Under the pieces are notes generated by a model, which saw only the letters and a list, made by a program, of their open reading frames with translations, was not told where the DNA came from and did not search any database. A stretch of DNA of 64,000 bases from a virus (Duplodnaviria > Caudoviricetes): IMG/VR virus record IMGVR_UViG_3300037470_000577, positions 1-64,000 of that record; one strand, 5' to 3'. A program made the translations under genes and the position numbers. Positions 59,189-64,000 of this stretch are shown in pieces; positions within the stretch are counted from its first letter, which is position 1; every line of letters begins with the position of its first letter.

Positions 59189-59222
59189 GTTGGTGCAAAT
59201 ATGAGAGCGTTGTGAGCGACGG

Positions 59223-59250
59223 TTGGCAGTGGAGGATGTCGTGCTATAAT
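59223..59250 (+). promoter_or_regulatory. divergent + strand promoter
   Basis: TTGGCA-N16-TATAAT with TG extension (TGCTATAAT 59242-59250). Confidence 0.7.
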
Positions 59251-59428
59251 GTTCATGTTTGTTCTCTGCGGCGGGAAGGTAGGAGTCCCCCTAGCTCCTA
59301 CCTTCCCGCCCACCTAAAAACATTCGCTGGCAGTAACAGTAATAGGGGGCCAAAACGTTCTCATATCCTTCTTCCAAAGTAAAAGAGCTATCCTATATGG
59401 ATAGCTCTTTTACGTAAAGGAGAACTAC

Positions 59429-59530
59429 ATGAGAAGTAGTTGGGCGGACGGACAAACCATAACCCATTTGCCGGGACGTGTCAATAAAAAAGAGAGTGGC
59501 ATAAAAACCACTCTCTTTTTATTTAAATAA
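59429..59530 (+). CDS. 33-aa small ORF antisense to the capsid operon
   Basis: AAAGGAG RBS (59416-59422); ATG 59429 to TAA 59530; preceded by two 15-bp hairpins. Confidence 0.4.
   Translation: MRSSWADGQTITHLPGRVNKKESGIKTTLFLFK
59483..59523. terminator. bidirectional intrinsic terminator downstream of the major capsid gene
   Basis: AAAAAGAGAGTGG-CATAAAAA-CCACTCTCTTTTT, with A/T tracts on both sides. Confidence 0.8.
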
Positions 59531-59571
59531 TCAGGATAAGAATTTGAATAAAACTCTTATCGTTGCGATTT

Positions 59572-61086
59572 TTATAGCCAAGCAGCGTAAGCTGTTGGGC
59601 CTGCCGGTGAACGTCCAGGGGTTGAAACGCCACCATTGACCCAATAATTTGAGTCTGGATGCGGGTCGCGCAGCGGTGCATTCTGGCGGGCATATTTGAG
59701 CCGGATAACTCTGAAACCAAGATGGGGTGTCCGTACCACAACACGGGGCGCGGTCGTCATCTTCAACTTGAAGCAGGTGAACTTGCCATCTTGCGACCAC
59801 AGGAACCGACCGCCATCTGTTGACCAATTGATGAGATTGGCCGGAAGTCCGGCTGCCTGGGCATTAATATCTGCATAGTTGAGATACTGCCAATAAGTGA
59901 CGGGCATACCGCCTGCCGAGAGGGGGATGAAGTTGAAGGATGAGGCAAACTCGCCCATGCCCAAGCCGGGATTGGAGGCGCTATTCTCTTCCGGGATGCC
60001 ATGATCAATGACGACATTGTAGCGCCGACCGTTGATGTCGATGTACAGCCCGGCTCGCATCGCATCCCGCTCCTGAACGTTGGTTCTGGCGTCGATCATC
60101 ACGCGAGCATTACTACCGGCAATGACGGCCATATCGGGCTGCGTGTTGTAGGCGATGGGCCAGACGCTTGTTAGAACGCGCCATAGCTGGGGCCGAACGG
60201 CAACGACGAAATCGGCCGGGTCCATACCGGTGTCCATCGCCAGATTAAAGGCGAAATCTTCCGCCTCTTCGATGGGGGCCACAACGTCAAAGGCTGAACC
60301 AACGGTCTGGTAATTGACGTTGATAATGGTTGTATCAGCCGAGGGTAGCGCCTTGCCACTAATTTCGGCATCGACCTGCCCGGTTACAAGCTGGGATTCC
60401 AGACCTGGGAACTCAGCATAGCCGCCCAGCGTCTTAACCGCCACATTGCCTGTCCAGAGCATCTTATTCAGCTTGCGCTCCATCCGAACGCCGGTCTGGA
60501 GTTGTTCGGCCTGAACAACCAGGTTCAGGATGTTGGCCTGATTCAGATTGGTGGGATAGCCAATGCCCCGGTTCTCATCATTCAGAAGCGAGCCAACGAG
60601 CATTAAGTCAGTGAAGTCGCCCCGGTTAATCTTGGTGATAGTTTGGGTGATCTCGATATTCTCGGTGTCGCGGGAAACAACGCCGAAACGGGCGGTCAAC
60701 GTCCCTGATTTGATGTAGCCCGATGGCGCATCATCGCAGGGGTAGGTTGGTTCGCCGCCCTGATCATCGGAGATACCGGTCAAGAGACCGAACATCGGGT
60801 TGGTATCGTTGGACGGGAAGGCTTGCAGCAGGGAGCCAAGTCCTCTGGCCCGAACATGAGTAGAGATAACGGCATTGTCCAGTCCTGGGGTGTTGAACAA
60901 CCCGCCCGGCCCGTGCAGCAGTGTGCCGGTATGGGCATTGACAACATCACGGGACAAGGCATTACCGCCATATTGATGTAGACCCTGCATGATGTCTAAC
61001 CCGCCACCAACGTCACGACCGCGCCGGGCAGACATTTCCAGGTGACGAGCAACTTCTTTAGCGAGGGCTTCGATTTCGCCAGCCAT
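59572..61086 (-). CDS. major capsid protein
   Basis: 504 aa; follows scaffold and protease-like genes; followed by a terminator; AEFPGLE..L motif. Confidence 0.75.
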   Translation of the reverse strand: MAGEIEALAKEVARHLEMSARRGRDVGGGLDIMQGLHQYGGNALSRDVVNAHTGTLLHGPGGLFNTPGLDNAVISTHVRARGLGSLLQAFPSNDTNPMFGLLTGISDDQGGEPTYPCDDAPSGYIKSGTLTARFGVVSRDTENIEITQTITKINRGDFTDLMLVGSLLNDENRGIGYPTNLNQANILNLVVQAEQLQTGVRMERKLNKMLWTGNVAVKTLGGYAEFPGLESQLVTGQVDAEISGKALPSADTTIINVNYQTVGSAFDVVAPIEEAEDFAFNLAMDTGMDPADFVVAVRPQLWRVLTSVWPIAYNTQPDMAVIAGSNARVMIDARTNVQERDAMRAGLYIDINGRRYNVVIDHGIPEENSASNPGLGMGEFASSFNFIPLSAGGMPVTYWQYLNYADINAQAAGLPANLINWSTDGGRFLWSQDGKFTCFKLKMTTAPRVVVRTPHLGFRVIRLKYARQNAPLRDPHPDSNYWVNGGVSTPGRSPAGPTAYAAWL

Positions 61087-61087
61087 G

Positions 61088-61711
61088 TTATTTCCCTCCT
61101 TTGATTTGGGCGTCCAGTACAGGAATGCCGGTTAAGCCGCGCGATAAACCATTCATATTTATCGGGCGATCATCTTCTGTCTCGAACGGTTTCTTGTCCA
61201 GCAGCCCATTGTGTCGGGCCAGGTTGCCGTCAGGCTTATCCTCGCGCAGCAGTCGTTCGGCAATAATGGCCTGGAGCGATGCAGGTGGAAGCTCTTCTTT
61301 GGCGCGAGAAATCTTTTCGCTGTCGTCCGCCTCCAAAGCATCCAACCGCTGGGAGATTTGTTCGAGCGACTTCACAATTTGAGGCAGTAAGCTCAGGGCG
61401 TCCTCGGAACCTTTTACCAGTTCCACAACGACATCAGCCACTTCCTCCCTGGTGACATAGGCAGGCACTTCCTTCTCTACCACGTCCTCTTCTTTTTCAT
61501 CCTCATCGGGCGGCATGTCTGCTTTTTCGACAGGGACTTCTTGCTTTTTAGTAGCCATAATAATTGCAACCTCCTTTCTTGGTGCATTTTGGGCATTAGC
61601 GTCCTCGTCGAAGTCCGCAATTGCCATATCCAATTCATTTAGCGGTTCTCTAAAACCCGATTTTTGGAACCAGTCATCTTTGTGTTGGGGAATTTTCATT
61701 TTGCCATCCAT
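61088..61711 (-). CDS. capsid scaffolding protein
   Basis: Acidic, Lys/Glu-rich, helical; directly upstream of the major capsid gene. Confidence 0.6.
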   Translation of the reverse strand: MDGKMKIPQHKDDWFQKSGFREPLNELDMAIADFDEDANAQNAPRKEVAIIMATKKQEVPVEKADMPPDEDEKEEDVVEKEVPAYVTREEVADVVVELVKGSEDALSLLPQIVKSLEQISQRLDALEADDSEKISRAKEELPPASLQAIIAERLLREDKPDGNLARHNGLLDKKPFETEDDRPINMNGLSRGLTGIPVLDAQIKGGK

Positions 61712-62448
61712 GCTGTTCTGTGGTTAGCGGCGAATTTAACGGGGAGAACAGAGAACTCCTCTGATAAATACCAGGTGATAATCTGCTCGTCGTGGGGGTC
61801 TACGCCGTACAAACCAGCCGGTACGCCATGACTCATACCTAACGGCTCGTCCACTTTTGAAAACAGTTCAAACCACCTGGCATATTTTGCACCGGGCTTC
61901 TGAACGCCTGCCGTAATGGGAAAGCCCCGCTCGTCGTAGGCCATCATCAAGGTATCGCCAATGGGATAGGGTAGATGCCAGGGCCAGAGTTCGGGAGCGG
62001 GCTTGCCAAATATCTCTCTGTAAAAACCGCTGTCTACGGCAGATACCATAAAGCGGTGGGCGTCGGCGGAAATGATGTGCTGGGGATAGCCCTCGTCCTG
62101 AATGTTATTGGACGGAATGCCGATCCAGTTCCATAGGCCGCTATCGCTGTCCCGCCACATGGCGGTTGAGGCTTTGTCACGGGTCATAATGGCATTGGCG
62201 GTATCGGCGTCTACCGGGGTCTGCTCCAGCGCCACACCAACGGCTGTGCCAAAGTTGTCTAACATCTCGCCTATCAGTCCCGATAATGAGATGCGGGTCG
62301 GACGGTCGATTACCCCGCGCCCGAATAACTGGTCGGCAGCAACGGTAAATGATTCGTGAATACGGGCTTCCAGGACGTTGCGAACGTTTGTATTTATCAT
62401 GCAGTAGACAACAAAAAAGGGCTGCGAGATGGAAGTCTCGCAGCCCAA
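61696..62448 (-). CDS. putative prohead protease
   Basis: W.GIPSNN..D.....IS..AH; L..WH....IG; EFSVLP...AAN..T; position before the scaffold gene. Confidence 0.5.
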   Translation of the reverse strand: MGCETSISQPFFVVYCMINTNVRNVLEARIHESFTVAADQLFGRGVIDRPTRISLSGLIGEMLDNFGTAVGVALEQTPVDADTANAIMTRDKASTAMWRDSDSGLWNWIGIPSNNIQDEGYPQHIISADAHRFMVSAVDSGFYREIFGKPAPELWPWHLPYPIGDTLMMAYDERGFPITAGVQKPGAKYARWFELFSKVDEPLGMSHGVPAGLYGVDPHDEQIITWYLSEEFSVLPVKFAANHRTAWMAK

Positions 62449-62483
62449 GTAAGAACTGTTAATTGGGGACAGTATATATCAGG

Positions 62484-62882
62484 TTATGTTTCCTTGTCAA
62501 AATTCTCCGGCGATGTGAGGGAAGCGTCTGCATGAATAGAGCCGCCCGGTTGGGCCGTCACCGTCATACTCGCCCCCCGTCCCATGCGTACCCGGTCAAT
62601 AATATCATTGGCATAATTACTGCCCCGACTGATAATGATGCCGGTAATAACTACCCCCACATAGGGGATGCGGGCCTGAAAACCCAGCGCGTCAAAGAAG
62701 TCCAGGTTGTAGGCAATGGCTGTGACAATGGACAGGACAAGGGCCACGATAAACCGCCAGTTCTCTCCCAGCCACTCTTTCGAGAATGACAGCCCCTTGA
62801 AAACATCGAGGGCATTAACTGACCCCTCAACCAGCACCGCTCCCAGAGCGATGAAACCAATTAGCTGTAAAGTAGTGTCCAC
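62484..62882 (-). CDS. putative holin
   Basis: Three TM helices; LDFF..LG.......G..ITG.IISRGSNY..D motif. Confidence 0.6.
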   Translation of the reverse strand: MDTTLQLIGFIALGAVLVEGSVNALDVFKGLSFSKEWLGENWRFIVALVLSIVTAIAYNLDFFDALGFQARIPYVGVVITGIIISRGSNYANDIIDRVRMGRGASMTVTAQPGGSIHADASLTSPENFDKET

Positions 62883-62962
62883 ATTAAACCTCCATTAACG
62901 CATGAGTGACTAATAGTTAATCCATGATACCATTATGACACTAAAACAGCAAGGAGAATGAT

Positions 62963-63241
62963 ATGGAGAAGCTATTCGACAAGAACGGCAAAGAGATTCG
63001 GGAGGGGGATACGGTCTCCCTTGCCGGAAACATGACCGCCGATGATAGCCTGGGCTATTTGCCTAATGGTTGGATATTTGATGAGAGTGATGTGTACGAA
63101 GTTTACTTTGATGAAAGGATTCAAGGGTTGGCATTGCAGTTGGGAGTGGAACCAGATAGCGCAGAAAACGCCAAGTATATGAATCACGCCATGTCACTAT
63201 TATATGGCGGTATGGTAGAGATTGTAGAAGGAGAACGATAG
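62963..63241 (+). CDS. YopX-like protein
   Basis: DKNGKEI.EGD.V motif. Confidence 0.65.
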   Translation: MEKLFDKNGKEIREGDTVSLAGNMTADDSLGYLPNGWIFDESDVYEVYFDERIQGLALQLGVEPDSAENAKYMNHAMSLLYGGMVEIVEGER

Positions 63242-63418
63242 ATGACAAACTTTGAGCTCAAAGTATTCCTGGCCTCCTTTGTATTTGTGCTTGCTGCATG
63301 GCAAGCTGTTGCAGAAGTTCTCTTTATATTAACTGACGAAGCCGATAAGGGGTATACCCGATTTCAGACCTGCCTCCTGTATCTTATTATTGGCCTGTTG
63401 CTCCTTCACGCCGCGTGA
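63241..63418 (+). CDS. small membrane protein whose stop codon lies in a palindromic box
   Basis: Two hydrophobic stretches; ends CTTCACGCCGCGTGA. Confidence 0.5.
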
Positions 63419-63632
63419 AGATTCAGGAGGAGATGGGTGATTTAAGGTAGCCCAGGATCGTAACTGTACCGGCCGTTCCTCCGCAAGCCCCTCGCCCGCA
63501 TCACGGCCGACATAACCGAACTCCAGCGCGAACGTCTCCACGAGAAAGCAGAATTATTCGGCGGCTGGTCTGAGCTATGCCGCCGAATTGCCGACGATGA
63601 AATTAAATTGAGTTTTAAGGAAGGGTAACCAA

Positions 63633-64000
63633 ATGATTTTCTCAATTAGCGACCTACCGATAACCCCGGAAAACCTCCGGGAATACGAAAGATTCTTATT
63701 GGAAATACACGACGAAGTACCATACGGCGAATTGTGCGACTGTGGCGACTGTCTGGGAGTTAGCCCTCGTTTGATTGCAGCGGCCGACAGGATAGAGGAG
63801 CTTGAAAAGAAACAAGCCGCCCTGAAAGATGATAACGAGGCTCTGAAAAAAGAACTCGGAAGTTCACCAACGGCCGACGCTCTCAACAAACTATGGCAGG
63901 ACATCATTCTCAAGAGAAAGCCCGACTATGGTGATTGGGAATATCCCGGTCAGGCTTACCGGCATTTATTGACAGAGTATGAGGAATTGAAGGCCGACCC
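63633..64000 (+). CDS. hypothetical protein, truncated by the window end
   Basis: Open frame from ATG 63633; coiled-coil segment. Confidence 0.5.
   Translation, partial: MIFSISDLPITPENLREYERFLLEIHDEVPYGELCDCGDCLGVSPRLIAAADRIEELEKKQAALKDDNEALKKELGSSPTADALNKLWQDIILKRKPDYGDWEYPGQAYRHLLTEYEELKAD

Noticed and set aside
63464-63628. RHH-like open frame (ITADITELQRERLHEKAELFGGWSELCRRIA)
   Set aside because: No in-frame start codon after the upstream stop; may be a frameshifted remnant or sequencing error, so it is not called
1-64000. CRISPR array
   Set aside because: No run of identical 23-50-bp repeats with regular unique spacers; the palindromic boxes are kilobases apart
1-64000. Stop-codon reassignment
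   Set aside because: Large genes (tape measure, capsid, GT fusion, tail tip) are intact in the standard code and coding density is high

Overview
This window is a partial genome (at least 64 kb) of a tailed dsDNA bacteriophage with siphovirus-like organisation, read in the standard genetic code. Positions 1-37.7 kb are almost all + strand: dense small early and accessory ORFs, DNA metabolism and modification genes (RusA, ASCH, minimal PolX, HNH, C5-cytosine MTase, Mom-like GNAT, GIY-YIG, macrodomain, J-domain, vWA, PAPS-reductase-like) and a primase + DnaB-like helicase pair. Positions 37.7-62.9 kb are a - strand morphogenesis region: holin-like gene, protease-like gene, scaffold, major capsid, neck, tail tube, chaperones, tape measure and tail tip/fibres. 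No terminase, portal, integrase or replicative polymerase was recognised in the window. A Chloroflexota-type host is only my impression from the structural proteins. The most striking element is a self-contained 7.7-kb cassette between the capsid and neck genes. It has its own sigma70 promoter, a leaderless RHH regulator and a terminator, and encodes four glycosyltransferase domains (three fused in one 1022-aa protein with a C-terminal HhH), a sulfotransferase and a SAM methyltransferase. This is a candidate system for building a sulfated and methylated glycan, probably on the virion. Non-coding signals outside the ORF track include a dispersed 15-bp palindrome (7 copies), three AT-rich hairpins with different stems but the same loop, a degenerate tRNA-like element, a hidden antisense sORF/sRNA unit behind the capsid gene, and a G/C-skewed origin- or terminus-like region. 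All annotations come from reading motifs by eye; no database search was run.
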